Assembly (NCBI GenBank): GCA_044220955.1
Contig: JBGAQA010000042.1
Coordinates: forward strand, 1 to 54,629
DNA: 54,629 nucleotides
Direction: 5' to 3'
Source of the DNA: Sandaracinaceae bacterium
GTDB taxonomy: Bacteria > Myxococcota_A > Polyangia > Polyangiales > Sandaracinaceae
Shown here: one piece after another, positions 19,993 through 32,342 of the stretch
Numbering within the stretch: the first letter of the stretch is position 1
How the letters are laid out: each line of letters starts with the position of its first letter
Position numbers and translations under genes: made by a program
The notes under the pieces: model-generated
What the model was told of the DNA's origin: nothing
Database searches by the model: none
Seen by the model: only the letters and a program-made list of their open reading frames with translations

Positions 19993-22059
19993 GTGACCAA
20001 GACGAAGATCGCGATCCTCGGCGGCGGGCTCGGATCGATCGCCGCCGCGTACGAGCTCACCTGCACCGCGGAGCTGCGCGAGCGCTTCGAGGTGACCGTC
20101 TACCAGCAGGGCTGGCGCCTGGGCGGCAAGGGCGCGAGCGGGCGCAACGCTGCGATGAACCAGCGCATCGAGGAGCACGGGCTGCACGCGTTCCTCGGTT
20201 TCTACGAGAACGCCTTCGCGCTGATGCGCGATGCGTACGACGACTTCGCGGTGCTCAAGCCGAACGCACGCTGGAGGAGCTGGCGCGACGCGTTCGAGCC
20301 GCAGCGACAGGTGACGGTCGAGGAGTGGGTGCCGGAGCACGCGCGCTGGTCGAGCTGGACGATCGCGCTGCCGAAGCTGCCGGGAGAGCCCGGCGACGGG
20401 GTGCCCGTGCCGCTGGTCGAGCGTCTGCTCGCCTCGGTCGTCGGGATCCTGCTCGAGTTCCTGGAGAGGCTCCTCCTGCGGGAGCCGGCGAAGTTCGCGC
20501 ACGTCGTGCTCGACGTGCTGAAGAGCGCACTGGCGAGCGGGAACCTGCTGACGAGCGACGTCCGCGGGTTCCTCGACGATCTCGCGAGCGGGCTCGAGAC
20601 GCACGAGGACGACGACACGTTCGACGACGACGTCCGCCGCGCGATCCTCGGAGCGCTGCTCGCCGTCGCGATCCTGCGTGGGCTGATCGACGACGTACTG
20701 CCGCGGGGCGAGCTCGCCGGCTTCGCGTACATCGATCAGTGGGACTTCAAGGCGTGGCTGATTCGCAACGGGGCGAGCCCGCGCGTCGCGTTCTGGGGCC
20801 CGGTGCGGGCGCTCTACGACCTCGGCTTCGCGTACGAGGACGGGCGCGGCGACGAGAGCGACGCGCGCGCCGCGGCGGGTGTCTCGCTGCGCATCCTCAT
20901 GCTGCTCGGCCTCGGCTACAAGGACGCGCCGCTGTGGAAGATGAAGGCGGGGATGGGGGACACCGTCTTCGGTCCCTTGTATCTGGTGCTCAAGAGCCGC
21001 GGCGTGAAGTTCGAGTTCTTCCACCGCGTCACGAACCTCGGCCTCTCCGCCACCTCGAGCCTCGTCTCGACGATCACCCTGAGCGAGCAGGTGAAGCTCG
21101 CGGCGCCGCCCTACCAGGCGCTCGAGTGGATCCACGACCTGCCGTGCTGGCCGAGCCAGCCGCGCTGGGGCGAGATCCAGAACGGGGCGGCCATCGCGGC
21201 GGCGCTCGCCGCCGACGAGCTGACGCTCGAGAGCGCCTGGTGCAGCCAGAGCGTCGGGACCAAGACGCTGAGGCTCGGGGTGGACTTCGACCGCGTCGTG
21301 CTCGGCATCTCCATCGCGGCGCTGCCGGACGTCGCGCCGGAGCTGATCGCCGCGAGCGACGCGTGGCGCAAGGCGATCGCGAGCTCTCGCACCGTGCAGA
21401 CCCAGGCGCTGCAGCTCTGGCTCGACCGCAAGACGTCCGAGCTCGGTTGGACCGACGGGCTCACGATCCTCACCGGGTACGTGGAGCCCTTCGACACGTG
21501 GGGCGACCTCACGCACCTGATCCCCGAGGAGGACTGGCCCGCCGCGGGTCGCCCCAAGAGCCTCGCGTACTTCTGCAACGTGATGCAGGACGCGCATCCG
21601 ATCGCGCCGTACACCGACCCCACGTTCCCCAAGGCGCAGAAGGCGCGCGTGTACCAGAACGGCAGGCACTTCCTCGAGACGGCGATCGGCACCCTCTGGC
21701 CGAAGGCGGTCTCGCCTCCCGGCTCGCAATCGCTCGACGGGTCGCTCCTCCACGACGCGAGCGGCGCCGTCGGCCTCGATCGCCTCAAGGCGCAGTATTG
21801 GCGCGCGAACGTCGACCCGACCGAGCGCTACGTGCTCTCGCCCCCGGGCAGCATCGCGCTGCGCATCAAGCCGGGCAGCACGGGTTTCCTCAACCTCGTC
21901 GTCGCGGGCGACTGGGTCTGCACGTCGCTCAACGGCGGCTGCGCCGAAGCGGCGATCGAGGGAGGCCTGCGCGCCGCGCATGCGCTCATCGGCTACGCGC
22001 CGCGCCCCTTCACGGACCGCCACGTGCAGGACGACAGCACCCTCGCCACCGGCGACTGA
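19993..22059 (+). CDS. FAD/NAD(P)-binding oxidoreductase (phytoene desaturase/amine oxidase superfamily-like)
   Basis: GTG start; KIAILGGGLG, WRLGGKGASGR, IEEHGLH.FLGFYENAF, C-terminal NLVVAGDW...GCAEAA. Confidence 0.85.
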   Translation: MTKTKIAILGGGLGSIAAAYELTCTAELRERFEVTVYQQGWRLGGKGASGRNAAMNQRIEEHGLHAFLGFYENAFALMRDAYDDFAVLKPNARWRSWRDAFEPQRQVTVEEWVPEHARWSSWTIALPKLPGEPGDGVPVPLVERLLASVVGILLEFLERLLLREPAKFAHVVLDVLKSALASGNLLTSDVRGFLDDLASGLETHEDDDTFDDDVRRAILGALLAVAILRGLIDDVLPRGELAGFAYIDQWDFKAWLIRNGASPRVAFWGPVRALYDLGFAYEDGRGDESDARAAAGVSLRILMLLGLGYKDAPLWKMKAGMGDTVFGPLYLVLKSRGVKFEFFHRVTNLGLSATSSLVSTITLSEQVKLAAPPYQALEWIHDLPCWPSQPRWGEIQNGAAIAAALAADELTLESAWCSQSVGTKTLRLGVDFDRVVLGISIAALPDVAPELIAASDAWRKAIASSRTVQTQALQLWLDRKTSELGWTDGLTILTGYVEPFDTWGDLTHLIPEEDWPAAGRPKSLAYFCNVMQDAHPIAPYTDPTFPKAQKARVYQNGRHFLETAIGTLWPKAVSPPGSQSLDGSLLHDASGAVGLDRLKAQYWRANVDPTERYVLSPPGSIALRIKPGSTGFLNLVVAGDWVCTSLNGGCAEAAIEGGLRAAHALIGYAPRPFTDRHVQDDSTLATGD

Positions 22060-22077
22060 CCGGGCTCGAGACTGACC

Positions 22078-22240
22078 GGGGTCACTCCACACCGCTCCAA
22101 CCCAGCGAGATCGTTCCGATCGGGCGGGTAGGTGCGTGATTCGCAGGAGACGCCGTCATTCGTGGGGTTTCCGACGAATCGCGCACTTGGCCGCAGGAGC
22201 GCTTTCGTTTCGCCGACTTGAGGACCCCTGGAGTGACCCC
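22078..22240. repeat. Copy 2 of the fold-back intergenic element (163 bp)
   Basis: Terminal inverted repeats GGGGTCACTCCA (22078-22089) / TGGAGTGACCCC (22229-22240); arms imperfectly complementary. Confidence 0.85.
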
Positions 22241-22256
22241 CGGGCAGAACCCCCGG

Positions 22257-24437
22257 TCAGAAGCGGGAGGGCTTCTTCGTGCAGAACCACTCGCCCACGA
22301 TGTCCAGGCGCTCGCCCGAGATCGCGCGCGCACAGTCCATGCCGCTCATGACGGCGGCCTCGACGCAGGTCGCGTTGATGCCCGTGCGCAGCCACGCGCC
22401 CGCGAGGAAGAGGTTCTCGAAGCCGGACTCGTCCGCCTTCAGGCGGAGCTTGCTCGTGCCCGGGAGCGATGCCTCGACGCACTCGGTGGGATCCACGTTC
22501 GGCCTTATCCACTGGAAGTCGACCCTCGCCGCGCCGCTCGCCCCGGTCGGGTCGAAGAGCGCGCTCCAGTCGAGCCCCGCAGGGTTCGCCGGGTCCCTCG
22601 CGGCCGGCCACATGTAGCCGACGTGCTGCTTCAGCCAGTCGATCGCGCTCGCTCTCACCTCGTCGTACGCGGCCTGGGGGACCGCGAGGTCCGTCCGCGG
22701 CTTCACCGTCAGCCCGTTCTTCCACGGGCCACAGAAGTAGAAGACGCCTTTGGGCCCGGAAGCGGGCCACTGCTCCTTCGGCAGCACGTGGCTGCAGTCG
22801 GCCCACACGCTGTAGGGCTCGGGTGCGGCGTTCATCGCTGGCGGGCTCGCCTCGATCGCGCGCCAGCCGAGGCCTCGCAGATCGTCGTTCGTCCAGATCT
22901 GGAACGACTGCGTCGGGACGATCGCGAGGCCCTTCACCATCGCGCCGAAGCGCGGGCTCTCGGGGATCAGCTCGTCGCACATGCCGACGTCGCTCGCGTT
23001 GAGCGGCTTGAACGCCGCGAGCGCGATCCCGAGCACCACCTGGTCGAAGTCGACGCCGAGCTCGATGGTCTCGGTCCCGACGGGCGGCACCGGGCACCAG
23101 TTCGACTCGAGCGAGCTCCTCTTGGCGTCCAGCTGCGCCTTGATCGACGCGCCGTTCTGGATCTGCCCCCAGAACGGCTCGCTCGGCCAGCACGTCACAC
23201 CATCGACGCGGTACACCGGGTCGTACGTCGGCCCGACGAGATCCACCTGGCGGTCGAAGTGCACGCGCGCGATCCAGCGCTTGTCGGGCGAGAGCTCGAG
23301 GCGAGTGACCTTCTTGAAGAACTCGAACTTCACGCCCTGCTGGGCGAGCACCTCGTAGATCGGCGCGACCACGACCTCGCCCATTCCCGCCTGCATCTCG
23401 AAGAAGCACGCCTCCTTGTAGGTGAACACGATCCGCATGAGGATGCGCACGGCCGTCCCCGCACCGAGGCCTGGCTTGGCGATGTCGCCCTCGTCGTACG
23501 CGAACGGAAGGTCGTAGAGCGCGCGCAGGTAGGGCGACTTCTTCACCACCCAGTCGTTGCATCCGTTGTCGAGCAGCCACTGCCGGAACTCGAGGTGGTC
23601 GATCACGTCGAGGTCGAGCTCGAGGTCGGGCTGCACGATGCCGTACCTGGGGTCGAGCACGCCGAGCATCGTCGTCATCGCGATGTCGAGGATCGAGAAG
23701 TAGCGGCGGAACTCCGGATCACCGAGGCGCTGCGTGGCCTGCGCCTGCACGAGCGAGCGCACCTTCTCGGAGAGCGTACGGAAGGACGCCAGCGCCGGGA
23801 CGAACTGCGCGAGCGGCTGGTCGGCGAGGTCGCAGATCACCTCGAGCGCGGCCAGCAGGGCGCTGATCTCGGCGAGCAGGATCGCGTCCCTGATCTTGTC
23901 GAGCAAGCCGCCCCCGCTCGCGTGCGAGACGAGCTTCTCGAGGAACGTGCGCAGGACGGACGCCAGCTCGGAGAGCACCGCTTGTGGGCTGGGGAGCACT
24001 CGGCCGTCGCCCGGCACGTCGGTGTTCGTCGGCCACACGAGCGGCCAGTAGCCGAGCGGTCCCGTGTCGGCGGGGCCGGCGCCCGTCGGCGGGTACCAGG
24101 TCTCGCCGATGGGCGTGTACGAGCACGGCGCGAAGCCGTCCCGCCAGGTCACCAGCCGATCGTCGGGGCGCGACGGCTTGCGCGCGTACACCTCCTGGAT
24201 CGTCCGGAACGCGTTCTCGTAGAAGCCGAACCAGAGGTGCAGGCCGTGCTCCTCGATGCGCTCGCCCTCGTTCGCGTTCCGCGAGCGTCCGCTCGCGCCC
24301 TTGCCGCCGAGGCGCCAGCCCATCTGGTAGAGCGTCACGTCGAACTTCTCGCGCAGCTCCGGTGTCCGCGAGAGGTAGTGCGCCGTGACGAGCGAGCCGA
24401 CGCCGCCGCCGAGGATGACGATCTTGCGCTTCGTCAT
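22257..24437 (-). CDS. FAD/NAD(P)-binding oxidoreductase, paralog of 19993-22059
   Basis: ATG 24437; KIVILGGGVG, WRLGGKGASGR, IEEHGLHLWFGFYENAF, NLFLAGAW...TCVEAA. Confidence 0.85.
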   Translation of the reverse strand: MTKRKIVILGGGVGSLVTAHYLSRTPELREKFDVTLYQMGWRLGGKGASGRSRNANEGERIEEHGLHLWFGFYENAFRTIQEVYARKPSRPDDRLVTWRDGFAPCSYTPIGETWYPPTGAGPADTGPLGYWPLVWPTNTDVPGDGRVLPSPQAVLSELASVLRTFLEKLVSHASGGGLLDKIRDAILLAEISALLAALEVICDLADQPLAQFVPALASFRTLSEKVRSLVQAQATQRLGDPEFRRYFSILDIAMTTMLGVLDPRYGIVQPDLELDLDVIDHLEFRQWLLDNGCNDWVVKKSPYLRALYDLPFAYDEGDIAKPGLGAGTAVRILMRIVFTYKEACFFEMQAGMGEVVVAPIYEVLAQQGVKFEFFKKVTRLELSPDKRWIARVHFDRQVDLVGPTYDPVYRVDGVTCWPSEPFWGQIQNGASIKAQLDAKRSSLESNWCPVPPVGTETIELGVDFDQVVLGIALAAFKPLNASDVGMCDELIPESPRFGAMVKGLAIVPTQSFQIWTNDDLRGLGWRAIEASPPAMNAAPEPYSVWADCSHVLPKEQWPASGPKGVFYFCGPWKNGLTVKPRTDLAVPQAAYDEVRASAIDWLKQHVGYMWPAARDPANPAGLDWSALFDPTGASGAARVDFQWIRPNVDPTECVEASLPGTSKLRLKADESGFENLFLAGAWLRTGINATCVEAAVMSGMDCARAISGERLDIVGEWFCTKKPSRF

Positions 24438-24441
24438 CGCG

Positions 24442-25404
24442 TCACGGAGCCGACCAGACCCGCGTGCCCGCGGGCACCGAGAAGTCCATGTCGATGTAGA
24501 GCCCGAACTGTACCGGGAACACAGGACCGGCGCCCGAGAGGCCGAGGTCACCCGCGACGTCGTGGCTGCCGTACTTCGGGACCTCGATCTCGAAGTCACC
24601 CTTGAGCTTGCCCGCGCCGCGGATCGCCGTGAGCGTCATCGGCGCCGTGCAGATCTCCTGGTAGCTCGCGTTCGCCGCGTTGGTCGTGTCGGGCAGCTGC
24701 TTGAGGTTCACGACCGGGAACGAGCGGTGCAGGATCTGGTTCGCGAGGTCGATCCCGACCTCGAGCAGCTCGCCCGGCGACCAGCCGGTCAGGAGCGACG
24801 TGATGGCGTCGATCGCATCGTCGAACGCCTCGACCGCGTCCTCGATCGGGTGGTCGGGGCCGATGCGCCGGACCGTGTAGAGCGGCTTCCACTCGATCAG
24901 GGTCTTGGGCGTCAGCTTCTGGAAGACCTGCGCGCGCGCCTCGAACACGTCGAGCGGGCCCGGCAAGGTGGGCACGTAGAACTGCCCGAGCCCCTTGAGG
25001 AACCCGAAGAGCTCGCGGCCTGCGATGCAGCCCATCGGGTCGCCGATGAGGACGTAGGGCATCCAGTTCACGAGCTTGGCGTCCGTGCCGCCGCCAGGCT
25101 GCGTGACCTTCATGATCAGCGGCATCGAGGGCGCGCTCTCGTAGTCGTCGACGAACCCCGAGGGGTACGCGGGGCTCGCGGAGCGCAGCTGAGGTGCGCG
25201 CAAGAAGAAGAACACGGCCGTGTCGCCGAGCGGCGTGAAGTGCACCTTGCCGGGCGCGGCCTTGTTGAGGAACGAGTCGAGCGAGGCCTGCATCCTGACC
25301 TTGTCGCACTTGACGGTGAACGCGTAGAGCGTCGCGCCCGTCGTGAGGCAGGGCGGGTCGTAGACCTGGGTACCGTGTCCGTAGCGACTGATGATCGCGG
25401 GCAT
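24442..25404 (-). CDS. Acetoacetate decarboxylase-like (ADC superfamily) protein
   Basis: DYES, PYVLIG, GRELFGFLK resembling the ADC GRExxGxPK Schiff-base lysine motif; NLKQLPD...YQEI. Confidence 0.7.
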   Translation of the reverse strand: MPAIISRYGHGTQVYDPPCLTTGATLYAFTVKCDKVRMQASLDSFLNKAAPGKVHFTPLGDTAVFFFLRAPQLRSASPAYPSGFVDDYESAPSMPLIMKVTQPGGGTDAKLVNWMPYVLIGDPMGCIAGRELFGFLKGLGQFYVPTLPGPLDVFEARAQVFQKLTPKTLIEWKPLYTVRRIGPDHPIEDAVEAFDDAIDAITSLLTGWSPGELLEVGIDLANQILHRSFPVVNLKQLPDTTNAANASYQEICTAPMTLTAIRGAGKLKGDFEIEVPKYGSHDVAGDLGLSGAGPVFPVQFGLYIDMDFSVPAGTRVWSAP

Positions 25405-25429
25405 CTCGTCTCCTTGAGGGTCGTTCGGG

Positions 25430-26032
25430 CTAGCGCAGGCGGATGGTGTAGTCGGCGTCGCGCGGCGAGAGCGCGTCGACCGTGATCTCGTAGTCGGCGC
25501 CGTAGTGCCGGCAGAGCCCCTCGATGGTGCCGATCGGGTAGTACTCGGCGAGGCCCGGGAAGTCGCGGTACGTCAGCCGGACGCCGCCCTCGTGGCTCGC
25601 GCCGCGCACCTTCGCCGTGCCCTTGAGGATGGCTCCGTAGAGCCGCTCGGCCTGGAGCAGCGTCGAGCGCACGTCGCCGGCGAAGCTCAGCATCACGCGG
25701 CCGACCATGCTCTCCGCGAGCCGCTCGAAGTCACGCACCGACACGCGACGCATCGCCTCCACGTTGGAGACGCGCGGGTGCATGCGCGTCGCGATCTCGT
25801 GGATGAGCGAGTAGTAGTCGGCGACCGGGTAGTCACCGAAGGTGCGGTAGTTGCGGAGCAGTCGGGCCGGGAGCACCTGGGGCCCGATTCCAGCGGTCTT
25901 GCCGAGGTCGAGGATGCGCTCGAAGAACATGCCCTTCAGCGTGTCGATGCTCGTCGCGTCGGCGATGCGCTCTTCGAGCACGAACGACTGCGTGAGCGTC
26001 GAGGTCGGGAGCACCCGAAACGACTTCCCCAT
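25430..26032 (-). CDS. Myxobacterial DUF2378 (TIGR02265-like) protein
   Basis: LKGMFF, YRTFGDYPVADY, SMVGRVM, GTIEG pattern. Confidence 0.7.
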   Translation of the reverse strand: MGKSFRVLPTSTLTQSFVLEERIADATSIDTLKGMFFERILDLGKTAGIGPQVLPARLLRNYRTFGDYPVADYYSLIHEIATRMHPRVSNVEAMRRVSVRDFERLAESMVGRVMLSFAGDVRSTLLQAERLYGAILKGTAKVRGASHEGGVRLTYRDFPGLAEYYPIGTIEGLCRHYGADYEITVDALSPRDADYTIRLR

Positions 26033-26207
26033 GTCCGGCGGCACGTTACCGGAACGCGGGCGGGGTGGGAACGAGGAGGCGCGCCCGGCCGCGAATCCAT
26101 CGGGCGTGAAGGTGGTGGAATCCGTCCCGGGCCGACCGGGCCGGGATGGCCACGTGCGACATGGCCGCCTGCGCTCGCCGGCCGACCTCGATCGCGCGCC
26201 GCGCTGG

Positions 26208-26767
26208 TCAGCTCGCGGCCAGCGCCTCGAGCAGCGCGCGCGTCGCAGCGTCCGCCGGGAAGTACGCCTCGATGCTCAGCTCCTCGGCCGTCACGTCGAG
26301 CGGCGTGCCGAGGGTGGTGAGCATCGTGAAGAAGCGCGCCTCGACTCCGTCGCGGTGCCCGGCGGCAGGAGCATCGGCAAGAAGCGCGTCGCCGCCGCGT
26401 TCATCCGCAGGATGTCCCACCCACGATCGACGACGATCGCCGGATAGGGCTCGAGCTTGGCGAGCAAGAGGCCGATCGCACCGTCGAGCTCGCGCATGGC
26501 GTCGTCGTCGAGGCGCGACTCGTGGTAGGCGGGCGCGAACCCGGCTGCGTCGAGCAGCAGGTTGCGATCGCGGAGCGCCAGCTCGAGCGCGCTCGCCAGG
26601 ACGAGCACCATCTCGCGGCTCGGCGCGGCTCGGCCCGTCTCGAGGTACGAGAGGTGTCGCGTCGAGACCTCGGCCGTCGCGCCCAGACGCTCCTGGCTCA
26701 TCCCTCGCGCGACACGGTGGCTGCGGAGAAGGGGACCGAACCTGCATTCCGGTCGGACGATCTGCAT
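26208..26767 (-). pseudogene. XRE-HTH / MmyB-type regulator with internal deletion and frameshift
   Basis: N-terminal frame FGPLLRSHR..MSQERL..STRHLSYLETGR..PYPAIVVDRGWD; C-terminal FFTMLTTLGTPLDVTAEELSIEAYFPADAAT lies in another frame, junction ~26355. Confidence 0.75.
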
Positions 26768-26794
26768 CCCGAGAGAGTACGCGCCGCGATCCGG

Positions 26795-26818
26795 GAGGTC
26801 ATGACCTCGGAGGTCATG
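26795..26818. promoter_or_regulatory. Overlapping palindromic operator between the divergent regulator and membrane gene
   Basis: GAGGTCATGACCTC (perfect 14-bp palindrome) overlapping CATGACCTC-G-GAGGTCATG (26800-26818). Confidence 0.65.
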
Positions 26819-26884
26819 GAGCGCGCGCACCCAGACGTCATGGTCGACGCAACCGGTCGATCACGGCCGTCACCAGGAGGACCC

Positions 26885-27211
26885 ATGACCCGCACCCTCG
26901 CGCTCGCCCTCACCGTGCTCGTCTCGTTCGTCGCCTTCACGATCTACTGCGGCGAGGCGGAGGGGCCGATCGGCTTCGTGTCGCTCGCCCTCGGCCGCGC
27001 CTGGGGCATGCAGATGCTGCTCGACGTCGGGATCTCGCTGGGCATCGCCTCGTTCTGGATCCTGCCCGACGCCCGCGAGCACGGGATCAACCCCTGGCCC
27101 TATCTCGTCGCGTGCCTCGGGCTCGGCTCGACCGCCGCGCTGGGCTATGTCGTCCATCGCGAGCTGCGCGAGGCGACGTCGCGCGCGTCGGGCACACGGC
27201 CGAGCCGCTGA
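26885..27211 (+). CDS. Small membrane protein (DUF2834-like)
   Basis: AGGAGG RBS at 26875-26880; 3 TM segments; QMLLDV..W.LPDARE.G..PWPY..LGS pattern. Confidence 0.7.
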   Translation: MTRTLALALTVLVSFVAFTIYCGEAEGPIGFVSLALGRAWGMQMLLDVGISLGIASFWILPDAREHGINPWPYLVACLGLGSTAALGYVVHRELREATSRASGTRPSR

Positions 27212-27277
27212 GCCGGCGGATCGTGCCCGAGTCGACGTACCCTCGTCGGGGCCTCGAGCTCTCGGGAAGGCGGCGGA

Positions 27278-27553
27278 CTACTGCGGAGCCGACGACGCGC
27301 TGCCGCCCTCGCCCTCGTGGACCTCGGGCGGGATGTGGACGGCCATCCAGATCAGCACGGTGATGAACACCAGGAACGGCACGATGCCGAGCATCGCGCC
27401 CAGCACGGAGGGCGAGAGCGCCGAGCGCATCTCCTGCTCCGTCGTGCCCGCTCCGAGGTTCGGGGCCTCCATGTTCGCGCCGATTCGCTGGCCCAGGAAG
27501 GCGAGGCCGGCGGTGGCGAGAATGACGACGATGACGATGATGGCTAAAACCAT
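27278..27553 (-). CDS. Small two-TM membrane protein
   Basis: MVLAIIVIVVILATAGLAFLG...GIVPFLVFITVLIWMAVH; GGAG upstream. Confidence 0.6.
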   Translation of the reverse strand: MVLAIIVIVVILATAGLAFLGQRIGANMEAPNLGAGTTEQEMRSALSPSVLGAMLGIVPFLVFITVLIWMAVHIPPEVHEGEGGSASSAPQ

Positions 27554-27644
27554 GGATGCGCTCCGCGGAGGCGGACAATAACCAGACTGCCCGCCTTTCG
27601 CCAAGCCCCGTGTGCTCGGCCGGCGGCGCGCGCCCCACGACGCG

Positions 27645-30443
<2,799 letters not shown>

Positions 30444-30575
30444 GAACGCTCCCCTTCCGAGGCCCCCGAGGGACGTGGTCTCGAGCCGCGTCGAGATCAC
30501 GAATGGAAGGCGAAGTGTGCGGCGCCGGGGTTTGGAGCGTCAAGCTCGCGGCCACCTTTGGCCCAGCGTCCCGCC

Positions 30576-30605
30576 TTGACCCCCCTCGGCAAGGATCGGT
30601 ATCGT
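30576..30605 (+). promoter_or_regulatory. Putative sigma-70 promoter
   Basis: TTGACC-N18-TATCGT upstream of ATG 30630. Confidence 0.5.
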
Positions 30606-30629
30606 GCGCATCTCTACGAGGACCTTGCG

Positions 30630-31031
30630 ATGACCCGAACCGCGGCCCGTGCTCTCTCGCTCCTGGCTCTCACCTCTCTACCGCTGCTCGGCTGCGGCGA
30701 GGAGGGTGGCCCGATGGACGTCTACAACCTCGAGCCTCGCCACGGGCAGACCTCCGGCGAGCAGGCCGTCCGGATCACGGGCGCGAACTTCCGCCAGGAC
30801 ATCGGCTACGCGGTGTACTTCGGCTCCGAGCGCGCGACGCAGGTCACGATCATGGACACGAGCACGCTGCTCGTCGCGACGCCGCAGCACGACCTCGGCA
30901 CGGTGGACGTGGTCGTCGCCTCGGAGGCCGGCCCGGCGTTCCGCATCCACGAAGCGTTCGCGTTCGACGACACCGGCGGTACCGCCGCGGATCACGCGGG
31001 ATCGTCGGCCGGCGGCGCCGAGCGCTATTGA
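30630..31031 (+). CDS. IPT/TIG-domain lipoprotein
   Basis: Lipobox LLGC; LEPRHGQTSGEQAVRITGANF..VYFG..TP..GTVDVVV. Confidence 0.8.
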   Translation: MTRTAARALSLLALTSLPLLGCGEEGGPMDVYNLEPRHGQTSGEQAVRITGANFRQDIGYAVYFGSERATQVTIMDTSTLLVATPQHDLGTVDVVVASEAGPAFRIHEAFAFDDTGGTAADHAGSSAGGAERY

Positions 31032-31040
31032 TCGGCCCGG

Positions 31041-31484
31041 CTACTCGGCGGCCAGCTCGTCGTCGCCGGTGAGCGTCGGGAGCATCGCGGTCGCCTCGCT
31101 GCGCGCGCGGCGCTTCCGAGTCGGGCGCGCCGCCTCGGTCGGGCGCGGGCTCAGCGCATCGAGCTTCTCTGCGAGCGCGGCGTCGTCCTCGGCGAGCACG
31201 CGGACGTAGGCCAGCGCGCGCCGCGCGAGCTTGCCGAGCTCCACCGTGCGCTCCCCGAGATCGCGGCGCGAGCGCTCGAGGTCCCGCTCGGCGGCTTCGA
31301 CGACGAGCTGCGCGTCGCGAGCCCTCCGCGCCGCGCCGACCAGGATGGCGCGATCGACGCCCGGGAAGCCCACGCCAGCGAGCGGACCCTCGAAGAGCCC
31401 GATCAAGGCGTGCTCGAACGAAGGGATCGGATCGCGCTCGGGCTCGGCCGGCGGGGTCTGCGTCGTCTTCTTCATCTCCGTCAT
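31041..31484 (-). CDS. Hypothetical coiled-coil protein
   Basis: GAGGAG upstream; LFEGPLAGVGFPGVD...ALAYVRVLAE; typical codon bias. Confidence 0.65.
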   Translation of the reverse strand: MTEMKKTTQTPPAEPERDPIPSFEHALIGLFEGPLAGVGFPGVDRAILVGAARRARDAQLVVEAAERDLERSRRDLGERTVELGKLARRALAYVRVLAEDDAALAEKLDALSPRPTEAARPTRKRRARSEATAMLPTLTGDDELAAE

Positions 31485-31587
31485 GCGAGGCTCCTCGTTC
31501 GTGGGGATCGACTGAGTTGACTGAACGTATGACCAGTATCACGCCGCAAAGCGGCCGCGCAAGGAAGCGGCGTGCTACTCCGCCCGC

Positions 31588-32322
31588 ATGCGAGCTCGCC
31601 TGCCCGCCGTGATCGCCCTCGCGAGCGCCTCGTTCGTCGTCGGAGTGCTCGTCTCGGCGCCCTCGCGCGCGCAGGACGACGCGGGCGCGCCGCCGACCGC
31701 CGTGCCGGCGTGCAACGAGCAGCAGCCGCAGGACTTCCTCGTCCGTGGCAACTGGCAGACCAAGGCCCGCATGCCCGTGGAGGAGCAGCGCGCGCGCCGC
31801 GCCGTGGCCGCGCACGCGGTCCGCTACCGCACGGAGCACTACGGCTTCTTCGAGGGCTTCGGCCAGAGCGACTGGAACCCCCACCCGCCGAGCTTCTACG
31901 CGCGCTGGATCACGGTGTTCGGCCTCCGTGTGCGCCTGAACGAGCGCATCCTGCCAGCCGTCCGCTGCGCCGAGGCGGCGATCGCGTCGGCGTGCACCGC
32001 GACGCCTTACTCACCCCACCGTCTGTCGGGCCTGCGCGATCGGAACACGTATCACAACGGCGAGGTCAGCAACCACGTGTACGGCATCGCGATCGACATC
32101 GATCCCGACACCAACACGTGCTGTCACTGCGTCGCCGAGTGGGCCGAGCATCCGCTCTGCCAGCGCGAGGTCAGTTCGATCTTCGAGCGCATGTCGATGC
32201 CCGAGTGCTGGGTCACGCAGTTCGAGCGCTTCGGCTTCTACTGGCTCGGGCACGACCAGCTCGAGGACACGATGCACTTCGAGTTCCTGGGCGATCCCGA
32301 TCGCATCCTCGCGACTCCCTGA
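31588..32322 (+). CDS. Secreted M15-family Zn peptidase (D,D-carboxypeptidase/L-Ala-D-Glu type)
   Basis: Signal peptide; SNHVYGIAIDID and DTMHFEF zinc motifs. Confidence 0.8.
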   Translation: MRARLPAVIALASASFVVGVLVSAPSRAQDDAGAPPTAVPACNEQQPQDFLVRGNWQTKARMPVEEQRARRAVAAHAVRYRTEHYGFFEGFGQSDWNPHPPSFYARWITVFGLRVRLNERILPAVRCAEAAIASACTATPYSPHRLSGLRDRNTYHNGEVSNHVYGIAIDIDPDTNTCCHCVAEWAEHPLCQREVSSIFERMSMPECWVTQFERFGFYWLGHDQLEDTMHFEFLGDPDRILATP

Positions 32323-32342
32323 TCGACAGCCACCCCCTTCGC

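Noticed and set aside
24390..24420. GGGVGSL in the oxidoreductase as an encapsulin targeting peptide
   Set aside because: It is the Rossmann GxGxxG dinucleotide-binding loop, buried in the fold
26340..26370. Programmed ribosomal frameshift in the MmyB-type gene
   Set aside because: No slippery heptamer, and a large part of the domain is missing, which fits a deletion
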